Notes: a model not told the origin generated them from the letters alone. Numbered from the stretch's first letter, positions 1 through 9,594 are shown. The stretch is DNA of 64,000 nucleotides from Patescibacteria group bacterium (GCA_041665145.1 JBAYJK010000002.1:40339-104338), one strand, 5' to 3'. Made by a program: numbers and translations.

Positions 1-590
1 GTAAAAAAGTGAAAGGCACCCCAGGAAATAAGAAGAGCGGGTATATGAATAATACCGAACGATCGCGTAAGACTGATATAATAGAGTACAAAACCAAAAA
101 TAACTCCCGAAAGCACAATCTGCCATTTGGAGCGCAAATCGTCCCGCACCATCTCTCTGAACATAACCACTGCCCCGAACAATAACAAAGTATAAGCGGT
201 TTCCGAAAGTATGCTTGATGAGTAAACAAACAATGGCGGATAGAAAGATGTCAGAAGCGCAACAGTAAGACTTCCTGTCATAATATATGCACAAACCGGA
301 ACCAGTGACGACAAAACCATTGTAACAATCAGAGCCGCTTTGTATTGCACGTTCGGGTCGTGGAAATAACCGACAAAAGTAGTAAGGATTAACGGCCAAC
401 CTCCCGGATACAGTTGATCACGATTGAAAACCGAAGTGAAATTTCCGCGAATAATCTGCCGGGCTGTATCAAGATACGTGAATTCGTCATACACAATCCA
501 GGGGATTTTGATAAAACCGTACGTGAACAAGCGAATCAATATCCCCAACAACACGATACCGACAAGCCAGACCCACGGTTTCTTAAACAT
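1..590 (-). CDS. GT-C fold membrane glycosyltransferase (PMT/ArnT, GT39/83-like), N-terminal part; the gene runs off the window edge
   Basis: Absent from the ORF track because it has no stop in the window. My reverse-complement translation from the ATG at 590-588 stays open to position 1: MFKKPWVWLVGIVLLGILIRLFTYGFIKIPWIVYDEFTYLDTARQI... It has several hydrophobic helices and a DE motif in the first loop, as in GT-C enzymes. It resembles the start of 44587..46278. Confidence 0.55.
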   Translation of the reverse strand, partial: MFKKPWVWLVGIVLLGILIRLFTYGFIKIPWIVYDEFTYLDTARQIIRGNFTSVFNRDQLYPGGWPLILTTFVGYFHDPNVQYKAALIVTMVLSSLVPVCAYIMTGSLTVALLTSFYPPLFVYSSSILSETAYTLLLFGAVVMFREMVRDDLRSKWQIVLSGVIFGFVLYYISLTRSFGIIHIPALLISWGAFHFF

Positions 591-604
591 ACAAGAATTA
601 TACT

Positions 605-691
605 AAATTCGAATCTCGAATTTCGAAGCTCGAAACAAAAACATACTAAATAAATCCTAAATTCGAATTTCGAGTTTCGGATTTCGAATTT
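605..691. repeat. TTCGAA-type word-repeat palindromic array (intergenic)
   Basis: aaattcgaatctcgaatttcgaagctcgaaac ... aaattcgaatttcgagtttcggatttcgaattt. It shares the 19-nt string tttcgagtttcggatttcg with the array at 20952-20984. Confidence 0.8.
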
Positions 692-705
692 ACTATAATA
701 TAGAT

Positions 706-1635
706 ATGTCTCTTCACGAAGCCGTACTGCAGTTTCTGGAATACTGCGAACTTGATCGGAATCTTTCCCAACGGACAATCCGGATGTATGGATACTACCT
801 GAACTTTTTTTCTGAATGGGCGCAAAAGAATTTTCCGGATGACGTGACGGACGTGACAAAGATCTCTGACCAACATTTGAGACGCTTTCGATTATATCTC
901 TCTCAAGTGTATAAAAATCAGTACAAGGGTCCGCTCAAGCGACAGTCGCAAAACTATTTTCTGATAGCGTTGCGGTCATTGCTGCGGTTTCTTATTCGTG
1001 AAGAGGTTTCGGTTATGTCACCGGACAAGATTGATCTCGGAAAAACACGTGATCGGGACATTAAATTCTTAACTCCGGAAGACCTTAACCGCTTATTCCA
1101 AACACCGAACGTCAAACGTGTTCAAGGACTCCGCGATCGCACTATTCTTGAGGTTCTGTTCTCAACCGGTTTGCGTGTCAGTGAGCTTGCCGGTTTGAAT
1201 CGCGATCAGGTAAATGTGGAACGGGGCGAATTCGGCGTTATCGGAAAAGGCGGAAAAGCCCGGGTTGTTTTTCTTTCCAAAAACGCTATCGAATGGCTGA
1301 ATCGCTATATGCAAACACGAAAAGATCCGTCACCTGCAGTGTTTATCCGTTATAAAGGGAAAACAGCGGAGTCACCCGAAAAACTTCGCCTTTCACCCCG
1401 ACAAATCGAGCGCCTGGTCGACAGATACCGCATCACTGCCGGAATTACTTCGCGGATCACCCCGCATGTATTGCGTCATTCGTTTGCAACCGACCTCCTG
1501 ATGCATGGCGCAGACCTCAGAAGCGTCCAGGAAATGCTGGGACACAAGAATATAGCGACAACCCAAATATATACCCACGTCACCAACCCTCATTTGAAAG
1601 AAGTTCATGAAAAGTTCCATAGCGGTAACAAGTAA
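706..1635 (+). CDS. xerC: tyrosine recombinase, XerC/XerD family
   Basis: 309 aa. The C-terminal catalytic region is HVLRHSFATDLLMHGADLRSVQEMLGHKNIATTQIYTHV, with an N-terminal core-binding domain. TATAAT at 694-699 lies 6 nt before the ATG. Confidence 0.9.
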   Translation: MSLHEAVLQFLEYCELDRNLSQRTIRMYGYYLNFFSEWAQKNFPDDVTDVTKISDQHLRRFRLYLSQVYKNQYKGPLKRQSQNYFLIALRSLLRFLIREEVSVMSPDKIDLGKTRDRDIKFLTPEDLNRLFQTPNVKRVQGLRDRTILEVLFSTGLRVSELAGLNRDQVNVERGEFGVIGKGGKARVVFLSKNAIEWLNRYMQTRKDPSPAVFIRYKGKTAESPEKLRLSPRQIERLVDRYRITAGITSRITPHVLRHSFATDLLMHGADLRSVQEMLGHKNIATTQIYTHVTNPHLKEVHEKFHSGNK

Positions 1636-1640
1636 ATCAT

Positions 1641-2318
1641 ATGCCCAAAGAAAACTTGGACTATCGAGTGCTCACTGACATTGATTTCGCATACGTTTAC
1701 GCCCCGGTTGCATGGGGTACTATTTGGGCGCTCCTTTCAGGGAGTTTGTCGTCCCCTGGACGGTACGACCAGATTGAGCCGAAACAGCTATCTCCCGTAA
1801 AAAAGGCCCTCGCACAGGTGATGGCATTTACTCACACTCAGGTGCTGCGTCCCGAAAAACCTAAAGCCGTTGCAGCACTCCAAGTTTTGAAAGCTCAATT
1901 TGAGCAAGCCCAACTACAAGCTCAATTCGGTGTCTTATCAGGAAGAACTCCAGAAACACACAAAATGACGCGGAAATTACTTGACCCGAGAATAGGAACA
2001 TTATTCAGTCCTGACCTTATCTTCCTCAATCCGGGGTTCAAATCGGCTGAATTTAAAATAAAGACTATTGTTGAGCTTGTCCGCCAGGGTTTGCGGGTAC
2101 TCATGATTGAGGACGACTTTAAAACAGGATGGCAGCTGACTACACACCCGGATATTCCCCGAGACATGCTGGACGTCTACCTTATCAAAAACCTGTCGAC
2201 CAGCCGAGCTTTGCGTTACCACAGCATTTACGATAATACTGCGTTACCGTGGAATTTACACATCATGCCCTCACATGAAGCTATCAAAAACGACATAGCA
2301 CTGCATTACCTTCCATAG
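1641..2318 (+). CDS. hypothetical protein, 5 nt downstream of the Xer gene (same operon likely)
   Basis: 225-aa ORF with no motif I recognise and no TM segment. A hairpin ttcccgc-aaaatga-gcgggaa follows at about 2351-2371. Confidence 0.55.
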   Translation: MPKENLDYRVLTDIDFAYVYAPVAWGTIWALLSGSLSSPGRYDQIEPKQLSPVKKALAQVMAFTHTQVLRPEKPKAVAALQVLKAQFEQAQLQAQFGVLSGRTPETHKMTRKLLDPRIGTLFSPDLIFLNPGFKSAEFKIKTIVELVRQGLRVLMIEDDFKTGWQLTTHPDIPRDMLDVYLIKNLSTSRALRYHSIYDNTALPWNLHIMPSHEAIKNDIALHYLP

Positions 2319-2528
2319 ATACTGTTAATTATACATTTTAGAGCATTCCAGCAACATAATTCCCGCAAAATGAGCGGGAATCGGTCATTGGACAAATCCG
2401 AGCAGCATACCCATATAAATAGAGAATTAATAACCCCGATATAACGGAGCAGAAAAGTTATTTCCGAGAAATAATTAATGAAAAATAAATCCAGTATCAG
2501 GCACTTCTCCGAACCATTGAACTTGTAT

Positions 2529-2556
2529 ATGTCGTAAAAGATATATTATACGACAT
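2529..2556. other. candidate dif-like Xer recombination site (11-6-11 palindrome)
   Basis: atgtcgtaaaa-gatata-ttatacgacat. The two 11-nt arms are inverted copies with one mismatch around a 6-nt AT-rich spacer. The site is about 900 bp from the Xer gene. Confidence 0.3.
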
Positions 2557-3319
2557 TACATAGTACCCTCGTTTGCGGGAAATCTGGCAATAAATATGTC
2601 AGGATGCCGGTTGGCTCATATATCTATTTATCAGTGTAGTAACCAAGCTCTCTTCCTCCCTCTGTCTGGATTTAAATGTATTTTTCACCTTACTTACACC
2701 TTTATACTTTTGACTTTCTACTTCTCTTCATACAAGTACTAGCTCCTCCCCATAGAACCCGTGAAAAAGGCCTTTTAGTTTAGACTTTTATATCAATCCA
2801 AATTTCGAATTTTGAGTTCAAATTTATTCAAACACGCGTGTCATAATGGTGTCAAGTTTGGATTGTTATTTCAATCTATATTTTATAACGGACTGCTATA
2901 TCGCTCCCCACCGAGCAGTGCCATAAGTGCACGTTTTGCACACGGTGCTTAGTTTAGGTTGTTCTGTTAACCCGATTTTTAGATTAGATTGATACATCAA
3001 TCCGAGTTTGCCACCGTTGATTAGTATGCATACCAAGAGAGTGCTTAGTTTGGAACGTTATAGCAATATAACAATTTAGCAATGCTGTTCTACCGCTCAA
3101 AACATAGCACTCTCCCCAGAGTTATCCACAATCTGAGGTCAGACGGCTAAAATATTATAGGATAGTGAAAACTATAGGATATTACTATAGGATACAGAAT
3201 TGCTCACGTTCGTGAATTCTCTATTCCCTCTTCCCTGTCTCCTCGACCTCGAACTCCGCCACACAGACCTGCAATTGAAATTAGAAATTTTGAATTAAAA
3301 ATTATCAGCCACAGGCTGA

Positions 3320-4120
3320 TCAGCTCCATTGAGCGCTTAAAAATACGAGGACAGTCATAACCGCAAGCACAACAATATACCCTCGAATTCGCTCATGGAA
3401 GACAGTGTCCTGCACGGTTTCCTGTACTATTCCAAGAAGCGCATACGCGATGCTGACGGTAAATATCGCGAACACACTGGGAGCAATAGGCATGAAATTA
3501 AGGATAAGTATGGCAAGACTTAACATCACACTGACGATAGTAGCAAATTTATATACCCGTTCCTCAAGCACAGCCTTGGGACTTGCTATCCATATACCCT
3601 GGAATACTAACGGCCATGCAAATACCCCGCCGAAAAACGCGTTGAGCAGAAAGTGGAGCCGGAAGGAGAAGATAACCGTAAACATGAAAAAGAGTACCAA
3701 CAGAGTCATGAAATTGGCCACCGAATAAGCAGCACGATATAAGGGGAGAGACTTCTCTACTCCGACGTTAAAAATATTCTCACATAAAAGTATGGCGTAC
3801 AACACAATAGAAAGTACCAACATATAAGGTATACGGGTAAGCCATCGTGTCGGGAGCAGGTAAAAAAACAGCAGAAAAACCATAACGAAATAGACGGGAA
3901 GTACAAATAGTGTAATGAACTCGATATGTTCCACATCTTCAAGCAGGGCAACATACGTAGCAATATAAACCAGAATACCCATCAGTGGAATAAACCAAAT
4001 CACCTGCCCGAACGGATACAGCGTCATAATCATCTGTGAAACGAGAGTAATACCGACGGCAGCGACCATCCGCTGACGCTTGTCAATTTTGATCAAAAAT
4101 GCAAGAAGTCGTTTAGGCAT
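3320..4120 (-). CDS. polytopic integral membrane protein, function unknown
   Basis: 266 aa, about 8 hydrophobic segments, no catalytic motif recognised. Confidence 0.6.
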   Translation of the reverse strand: MPKRLLAFLIKIDKRQRMVAAVGITLVSQMIMTLYPFGQVIWFIPLMGILVYIATYVALLEDVEHIEFITLFVLPVYFVMVFLLFFYLLPTRWLTRIPYMLVLSIVLYAILLCENIFNVGVEKSLPLYRAAYSVANFMTLLVLFFMFTVIFSFRLHFLLNAFFGGVFAWPLVFQGIWIASPKAVLEERVYKFATIVSVMLSLAILILNFMPIAPSVFAIFTVSIAYALLGIVQETVQDTVFHERIRGYIVVLAVMTVLVFLSAQWS

Positions 4121-4844
4121 TGTGCTCTTCTCTACTAAATTCTACGTTGGTGAATAGTTCTTGAACATCGTCCTGTTCTTCCAATTTTTCAAGCAGCGTA
4201 ATTACTTTTTCCCGGGCACCGGCATCGATTTCAACCGTTGATTTCGGCTTGTAAATCAGTTCCGGGGCTTTGGAAATACCCGCTGATTGAGCTTTTTGCA
4301 AAGCCTCAGATAATAACTCGTATGCTAAAACCACATAGTACACACCGTCGTGTTTCTCGATATCAAGCCCCCCGATGGTTTCCGCAATTTGTAAAGCTTC
4401 TTCTTCTGTTTTACCTTCCAGCTTCATGGTTCCCAACAGATCGAACATATACAAAACCGCGCCTTTTTCTACAAGCTTACCTCCGTTTCGGTTCATGATC
4501 TGGCTCAGTTCCCCATGCGTTCTATTCGGATTATCGGTAACCGTCTTGATGACCACATATACGCCCGCAGGGCCTACTGCCTCATAAACCACTTCGGTCA
4601 TTGACTCGGTTCGTTCTTTGATGCGGTCAATAAGTCGGTTAACATTCTCCTTGGGCATATTAACCTCCCGGGCCTTATCAATAGCCATACGTAGGCGGAG
4701 ATTAGCATTCGGATCCGTGTCTCCTCCACCCATCTGGATAGCAAGAATAATCTCCCGGGAAATCTTTGAAAATTCTTTGCCCCGCGCCGCATCATTTGCC
4801 TCTTTCTTTCCTTTGATGTTGGCCCAGTGCGAATGTCCTGACAT
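4113..4844 (-). CDS. yebC: YebC/PmpR family DNA-binding transcriptional regulator
   Basis: Canonical N-terminus MSGHSHWANIKGKK...RGKEFSK...LRLRMAIDKAREVNMPKENV. I start at the ATG at 4844 rather than the track start at 5024. TGcTATACT lies 6 nt upstream. Confidence 0.9.
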   Translation of the reverse strand: MSGHSHWANIKGKKEANDAARGKEFSKISREIILAIQMGGGDTDPNANLRLRMAIDKAREVNMPKENVNRLIDRIKERTESMTEVVYEAVGPAGVYVVIKTVTDNPNRTHGELSQIMNRNGGKLVEKGAVLYMFDLLGTMKLEGKTEEEALQIAETIGGLDIEKHDGVYYVVLAYELLSEALQKAQSAGISKAPELIYKPKSTVEIDAGAREKVITLLEKLEEQDDVQELFTNVEFSREEHNA

Positions 4845-4863
4845 GGGGTTAGTATAGCACACC

Positions 4864-4891
4864 TTGACATTTTTCGTTTTGCCTTTATACT
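4864..4891 (+). promoter_or_regulatory. sigma70-like promoter TTGACA-N16-TATACT, 8 nt before the ATG at 4900
   Basis: TTGACA at 4864-4869 and TATACT at 4886-4891. It is back to back with the yebC -10 box (reverse complement of 4851-4859). Confidence 0.5.
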
Positions 4892-4899
4892 GTACTCCT

Positions 4900-5715
4900 A
4901 TGGAAAAATTAGAACTTGACCGCCTGAAAAACATGGCAGTTGAAAAGGCTATTGAGGGTAATTTCGAGGAAGCCGTGAAGGTGAATCTTGAGGTACTCAA
5001 AGTCGAGCCGGAAGATACCGACACTCTTATGCAACTTGCACATGCCTATTGGCAGATGGGCAACATTAAATCAGCAAAATTATATTATCGGAAAACTCTC
5101 GACATTGACCCCAATAACATACTGGCACGAAAGCGCACCACACTTCTAAAAACACTTTCAAGCGACAAAGCGCTGAACGTGAACAGAAAAAAAGGAAGAA
5201 TCGTACCAATTACTGATTTGATTGAGGAACCCGGTAAAACTAAAACCGTCCGTTTATCGTATATCGGGAAGCCGGAACACCTCTCATTACTTACTGTCGG
5301 TGAAGAAGTTTCGCTTTCGATCAGAAAACGAAAGATTGAAGTCCGCGATTTATCGGCCAATTTTATCGGATACCTACCCGATGATATTTCAAAACGACTG
5401 ATCGAATTTATGAACAACGACTGCGTGTACCAGGCGTTTATTTTCTCAATAGAAAAAAATGAAGTTCGGGTGTTTATCAAGGAAATCAGCAAAGGTAAGA
5501 AGTTCCGTAACAAACCGAGTTTTACCTATGAGGACATTTTGGAACAGAAACTCGATGATGATGCGGAAGACGCTTCGGAGTCTGGAGAGGAAGACACTTC
5601 TGATATTGATGATGACGAATCACTGTTGGTTACCCCGGAAGAGCATCACGCGAAGCATGAAGTCGAAGAAGAAAGCAGCGATGATGAAGAAGAAGATCAC
5701 GAATATGAAGAATAG
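4900..5715 (+). CDS. TPR-repeat protein with a strongly acidic C-terminal tail
   Basis: N-terminal TPR-like helices (AIEGNFEEAVKVNLEVLKVEPEDTDTLMQLAHAYWQMGNIKSAKLYYRKTLDIDPNN). C-terminal D/E/S-rich tail. Start moved to the MEKLELD ATG at 4900. Confidence 0.65.
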   Translation: MEKLELDRLKNMAVEKAIEGNFEEAVKVNLEVLKVEPEDTDTLMQLAHAYWQMGNIKSAKLYYRKTLDIDPNNILARKRTTLLKTLSSDKALNVNRKKGRIVPITDLIEEPGKTKTVRLSYIGKPEHLSLLTVGEEVSLSIRKRKIEVRDLSANFIGYLPDDISKRLIEFMNNDCVYQAFIFSIEKNEVRVFIKEISKGKKFRNKPSFTYEDILEQKLDDDAEDASESGEEDTSDIDDDESLLVTPEEHHAKHEVEEESSDDEEEDHEYEE

Positions 5716-5885
5716 TGCGTACCTCTTTTCTCGCCGTTCTGAGGCAGTATGATTGTTCCTTTGATACGTGCCTTATGCAGTTCCTCAGTTATTTTCTGAA
5801 CACGTTCACTCCCTTTGTAATCTCTCATGGAAAATGCCGCGAGGATTAACGAGCAGGTGAAAATACCGACAAATACAACAATCAT
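5697..5885 (-). CDS. small membrane protein (one N-terminal TM), hypothetical
   Basis: 62 aa. The start overlaps the stop of the upstream gene (ATGA at 5882-5885), suggesting translational coupling. Hydrophobic N-terminus MIVVFVGIFTCSLILAAF. Confidence 0.3.
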   Translation of the reverse strand: MIVVFVGIFTCSLILAAFSMRDYKGSERVQKITEELHKARIKGTIILPQNGEKRGTHYSSYS

Positions 5886-6844
5886 AAGTACAGTTTAGCA
5901 AGATCTTCGCTTAATTGAAAATCGATGACTATTCCCTGGTCCGGAGAATATATCAATGTGCAGGGAAAGTAATTATGTAATTGCTCTGCTACCTTTTTAT
6001 TCTCCTTGCTGTGTCGAATACTACACTCTTTCTGTCCGTTCAAATCAGCTTCAACCGACAGAACTTTAATTCCCATTCCCTCAATAAGCCGTGAAATCTC
6101 AAGTCCTGCAACATATTGTTTGCGCGGTACGTTAAGGCGGACTTTAACGCTGTTTTCCGAAAAAGTTTTTTGGTAAAAATAACCTTTATTCTGACTATCC
6201 AAACGCTCAGGGGTGTAATAGAGTTTCGAGCCTCTCTGTATATAATCATTCTCCGCATTAACAACAATAAGGCGGTCAGGACTTGCATTTAGGGCTCTGT
6301 TGATGAGAAATCTGTCAATCAGATTCCCGGAAGAAAGTGCATACTTTTTGGAAAATAATGTCTTGAGTCCCCTATTCGACATAAAGTATTCGAGAAAATC
6401 CGTATCTCTGCCGTATATTACCTCGGTTGACGTTTTGTACAGTGCCAGATCGACAGGAGCTCCGATAAGTTGCGAAAATGTTTGGGTAAGCAAAAAATTT
6501 GTTTTATGCTCAATGGTCGCCAAAAGCTGCACACTTCCCAAGCGGTACCAGCTATAGCCTCCCGGGACGGTAACAAGTACGTCCGGATTGAAGTAGATTA
6601 CCGTACCAAGTCGGGCGGCTTTATCATATGAAAACACATACGGAATATCATCATACACACCGACCGTTATCCGCTCTCTCTTTGAAAGAAATTTAGAGGT
6701 CACCACTTCATGCACAACCCACATACCGACACCGATCAAAAATATTCCGACAAGAAGCATAAGCGGCCGGAAATTGCTCTTAGGATGCCATCCCGTGTTC
6801 GATCTTGAGATAGTGAATGTGTTTTTTAATTTCATCTTTATCAC
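5882..6844 (-). CDS. membrane-anchored protein with a LytR_C-like C-terminal domain (LCP-like, divergent)
   Basis: One N-terminal TM (LMLLVGIFLIGVGMWVV). The C-terminal VKVRLNVPRKQYVAGLEISRLIEGMGIKVLSVEAD resembles the LytR C-terminal domain. The true start may be internal (6835 or 6760), because 6844 overlaps the antiporter gene by 65 nt. Confidence 0.45.
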   Translation of the reverse strand: MIKMKLKNTFTISRSNTGWHPKSNFRPLMLLVGIFLIGVGMWVVHEVVTSKFLSKRERITVGVYDDIPYVFSYDKAARLGTVIYFNPDVLVTVPGGYSWYRLGSVQLLATIEHKTNFLLTQTFSQLIGAPVDLALYKTSTEVIYGRDTDFLEYFMSNRGLKTLFSKKYALSSGNLIDRFLINRALNASPDRLIVVNAENDYIQRGSKLYYTPERLDSQNKGYFYQKTFSENSVKVRLNVPRKQYVAGLEISRLIEGMGIKVLSVEADLNGQKECSIRHSKENKKVAEQLHNYFPCTLIYSPDQGIVIDFQLSEDLAKLYL

Positions 6845-8486
6845 GTTTGTATATTTTTAATAGACTTTTCAAAATAGTAACTGCTGCCTCAAACTCCGGT
6901 TGAAACAGATACTCCACCCCAAGCGCCTTCAAATGCCGCATATGACTTGTTAAATGGGAACGCGTAATGATGCGTATTTTAGGGTTTAAGTGTTTTGCGG
7001 TAAGAATAATCTTTTCCTGTTCTATTGGATCAGGCAACGCTATAATCAAAAACTGTGCACGTTCCGCTTGTGCGTAGGACAACAAATCAGGCTCTGTCGC
7101 ATCACCATACAAAACTTTCACACCCTTCTCTTTCAATTTGTGAACCGTTTCTTTGTTAGTGTCGATAACTACAACCGGTATATTACTTAAAAGCAGACCA
7201 TGACCGACATACGCGCCAACTCTCCCGTATCCGCAGATGATTATATGGTCAATTGCTTCGGGAGACACCGATTTGAGATTTTCTTGCTCCGTGACTGCCA
7301 TTCCCGGTGAGGGGAGAAACTTAAGCAACTTCTTATCAATCAGATCATACAGTCGGTGTTTATATTGGTACAACAGAGAGAATATCAACAGTGACCAAAT
7401 AACCACCATCAGAAAAAACTGGTATTCATAGGGCTTTAGCCACGCGCTTGTCCCCAAAAGTGACAGAATGACAAACGAAAACTCGCCCACCTGCATTAAA
7501 TCAAAACTTACCCAGAATGCGGTTTTTTTATGATATCCCATGAAGAAAATAATCCCTGAAAGCACAGTAAACTTGATTAGCATAATCACCACTGCAAACA
7601 AAAAAGAAAAAACGAGTAGCGGCAAGGTAATGATAGTAATGTATGTGCCGAGGAAAAAGAAAAATAGCACCAAGAGAATATCACGAAATACGCGCACCTG
7701 GGAAAATATCTCATGCTGCTCTATCCGGTGTGCAAGTATGGCGCCGACCAAAAAACCTGCTGTTGTTTCCGGGATGGAAAGCCGGGTAAAAAGCCACAAT
7801 GAAAAAAAGAGTAGAGCAAACGTGAAAAGCGCCAACTCTTCCCTATTGAAATGGCTCAACACGAATAGTTTATCCATAGCAACAATACTGACGAAATATA
7901 CGACACCCAATACCAGGATACTTATCCCGCTATTGATAATAGGAGTCGTAATTGAGCCGCCGCCGTTACTGATAAACGCAGTCAATACCGTAATGACCAG
8001 GACGGACACAAGATCTTGAATAATAAGTATTCCCAAAGTCGTGCTTCCGGTCCGTGACGTACCTTCGCCCTGTTCATTGAGCATCTTTCCCACAATAGCC
8101 GTAGATGAAAGTGCAAGCGTAACAGACAATACAAGTGCAAGAAAAAGATTGTGAAATAGAACCACAATGAACACAAATATCCCCAGAGAGGTCCCCGCCA
8201 TCTGCAGTGCGGCAATCTTGTATACGTTTGCCCCTTTGCGGATTATCGCATACAGCGGTGATTCGAGTCCGACTGTAAAGAGGAGAAGCACGACACCGAG
8301 CGTTGCAAGCGGCTGAAGAAATTGTTGGGTCAGAAGCGGTGTCTTGACTACGTTGCTTACAATCACCCCAAGTAATATGAAGGAGAGCAGCGTCGGTTTA
8401 TTGAGTTTTTTGGATAAATATGCACCACATAACGCAAGAAATAAAATAAAGGAAAGCGGTAAGAATGTTTCTGTCCACCCGATCAT
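6780..8486 (-). CDS. CPA2-type cation:proton antiporter with a C-terminal TrkA-N/RCK domain (Kef-like)
   Basis: 568 aa. About 12 TM segments of the Na+/H+ exchanger type, followed by a Rossmann motif HIIICGYGRVGAYVG. Confidence 0.85.
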   Translation of the reverse strand: MIGWTETFLPLSFILFLALCGAYLSKKLNKPTLLSFILLGVIVSNVVKTPLLTQQFLQPLATLGVVLLLFTVGLESPLYAIIRKGANVYKIAALQMAGTSLGIFVFIVVLFHNLFLALVLSVTLALSSTAIVGKMLNEQGEGTSRTGSTTLGILIIQDLVSVLVITVLTAFISNGGGSITTPIINSGISILVLGVVYFVSIVAMDKLFVLSHFNREELALFTFALLFFSLWLFTRLSIPETTAGFLVGAILAHRIEQHEIFSQVRVFRDILLVLFFFFLGTYITIITLPLLVFSFLFAVVIMLIKFTVLSGIIFFMGYHKKTAFWVSFDLMQVGEFSFVILSLLGTSAWLKPYEYQFFLMVVIWSLLIFSLLYQYKHRLYDLIDKKLLKFLPSPGMAVTEQENLKSVSPEAIDHIIICGYGRVGAYVGHGLLLSNIPVVVIDTNKETVHKLKEKGVKVLYGDATEPDLLSYAQAERAQFLIIALPDPIEQEKIILTAKHLNPKIRIITRSHLTSHMRHLKALGVEYLFQPEFEAAVTILKSLLKIYKRDKDEIKKHIHYLKIEHGMAS

Positions 8487-8504
8487 ACAACCATTATAGT
8501 TGTT

Positions 8505-8864
8505 TTACTTTTTTGCGCAATCTATACACAGCACTGCAAGCGGATTTGTGGTTAGTCTGTCTGTGTTGATCATTTTTCCGCACTTCTTACAATATCCGTA
8601 CGAACCGTTGGCGATGCGCTTTAAAACTTCATCGATCTCCGTTATACGTTTTTTTAAGGATTCGCGATTTGCCTCGGTCTGTTCATGTGCCATCTCTTCC
8701 CTAACCTCGTTAATCACGTCCGCATTATCATTCGCGTGATCAGGGTCCTTAAATGGATCGCCTTCATCAAGCTGTTTAATTCGTTTGGCAATATGGGCAC
8801 GTTCTTTTTTAAAAAATTCCTCAACCTCGCTCAGCACTTTTTTAGGATACCCTGCGTCGTTCAT
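8505..8864 (-). CDS. DksA/TraR family C4-type zinc-finger protein
   Basis: 119 aa. The C-terminal CKKCGKMINTDRLTTNPLAVLCIDCAKK follows an acidic helical region. Confidence 0.8.
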   Translation of the reverse strand: MNDAGYPKKVLSEVEEFFKKERAHIAKRIKQLDEGDPFKDPDHANDNADVINEVREEMAHEQTEANRESLKKRITEIDEVLKRIANGSYGYCKKCGKMINTDRLTTNPLAVLCIDCAKK

Positions 8865-9568
8865 TTAGATATCTTGTGTGAACTAATAATAACTACCGCT
8901 GACCAGATCACTACATAAGCCAGAACTGCGAGCATAATCATTTGCTCAATTCCGATGAGTCGAAAGCCAAGTAAGTATACCGTGTCGCGTTTAAAAAAGT
9001 CAATAATGAAAAGTGTCAACGCTTCAAAGCCGACAAAGCAGTTGAACAGCAATGCCGATGGCAATTTGTTCTGCTTGGAAATCCGGAGAATATAGTATGC
9101 ACACCCCGCTCCCACAAACATGATGACAAATCCGTACAGGTAGAAAGGTGCAAATGAAGTAATGAAAGACAATACGAGTAACATCAGTTTGGCAACAAAC
9201 AAAGGCATAATAAGCAGCTTAATAATCAGCAGGTAGTCGAGTTTATTCTTGTGAGAGTAAATCCATAAACTTCCCAAGAAACCGAGAAGAAATGCGCTTT
9301 CAGTAACTCCGGGATACACAAAGAGCAAAACAGTTTTTATCCACGCACTGCTGAAATCTGAGAGATGCAATAAAATAAACGCTACCCTGCCGAGCAATAA
9401 CCCGATCACACTCGAAGCGAAAAGAATGTCGATCATCTTTTCTTCCTGTAAGGCGCTGCGCTTTAATTCTCTCCAGAATAAAAAGAGAACAACGGTCAAC
9501 ATGACAACGACGCCGACACCATATACATATAAGTGCAAACCGAGATACGTCGCCAAGACTTGTTTCAT
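8861..9568 (-). CDS. polytopic membrane protein, Lgt-like N-terminal region (divergent)
   Basis: 235 aa. The N-terminal pattern LHLYVYGVGVVVMLTVVLFLFWRELKR...IGLLLGRVAFIL resembles prolipoprotein diacylglyceryl transferase. I cannot see the later Lgt G-rich motifs. Confidence 0.35.
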   Translation of the reverse strand: MKQVLATYLGLHLYVYGVGVVVMLTVVLFLFWRELKRSALQEEKMIDILFASSVIGLLLGRVAFILLHLSDFSSAWIKTVLLFVYPGVTESAFLLGFLGSLWIYSHKNKLDYLLIIKLLIMPLFVAKLMLLVLSFITSFAPFYLYGFVIMFVGAGCAYYILRISKQNKLPSALLFNCFVGFEALTLFIIDFFKRDTVYLLGFRLIGIEQMIMLAVLAYVVIWSAVVIISSHKISK

Positions 9569-9594
9569 AGGTTATAATTATACAGGAAAAACAA

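Noticed and set aside
414-876. Four overlapping small ORFs (414-653, 424-606, 536-859, 646-876)
   Set aside because: They overlap the real minus-strand GT-C gene start or run through the TTCGAA word array and the xerC 5' end. Their products are low complexity.
3122-3130. Perfect DnaA-box consensus TTATCCACA in the 1-kb non-coding gap (plus the weaker ttttgcaca at 2933-2941): possible oriC
   Set aside because: A single perfect 9-mer is roughly what is expected by chance in 64 kb on both strands. There is no cluster of boxes, no adjacent dnaA or dnaN, and the nearby dif-like site would argue for a terminus rather than an origin.
4845-5024. Track starts giving long N-terminal extensions (yebC 5024, TPR 4864, prs 43555, ybaB 44619, GT-C 44497, DUF59 35534, Ddl-like 13848, ATP-grasp 12388)
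   Set aside because: The extensions read through promoter or repeat sequence and overlap divergent neighbours. Canonical family N-termini begin at the internal ATGs that I used.
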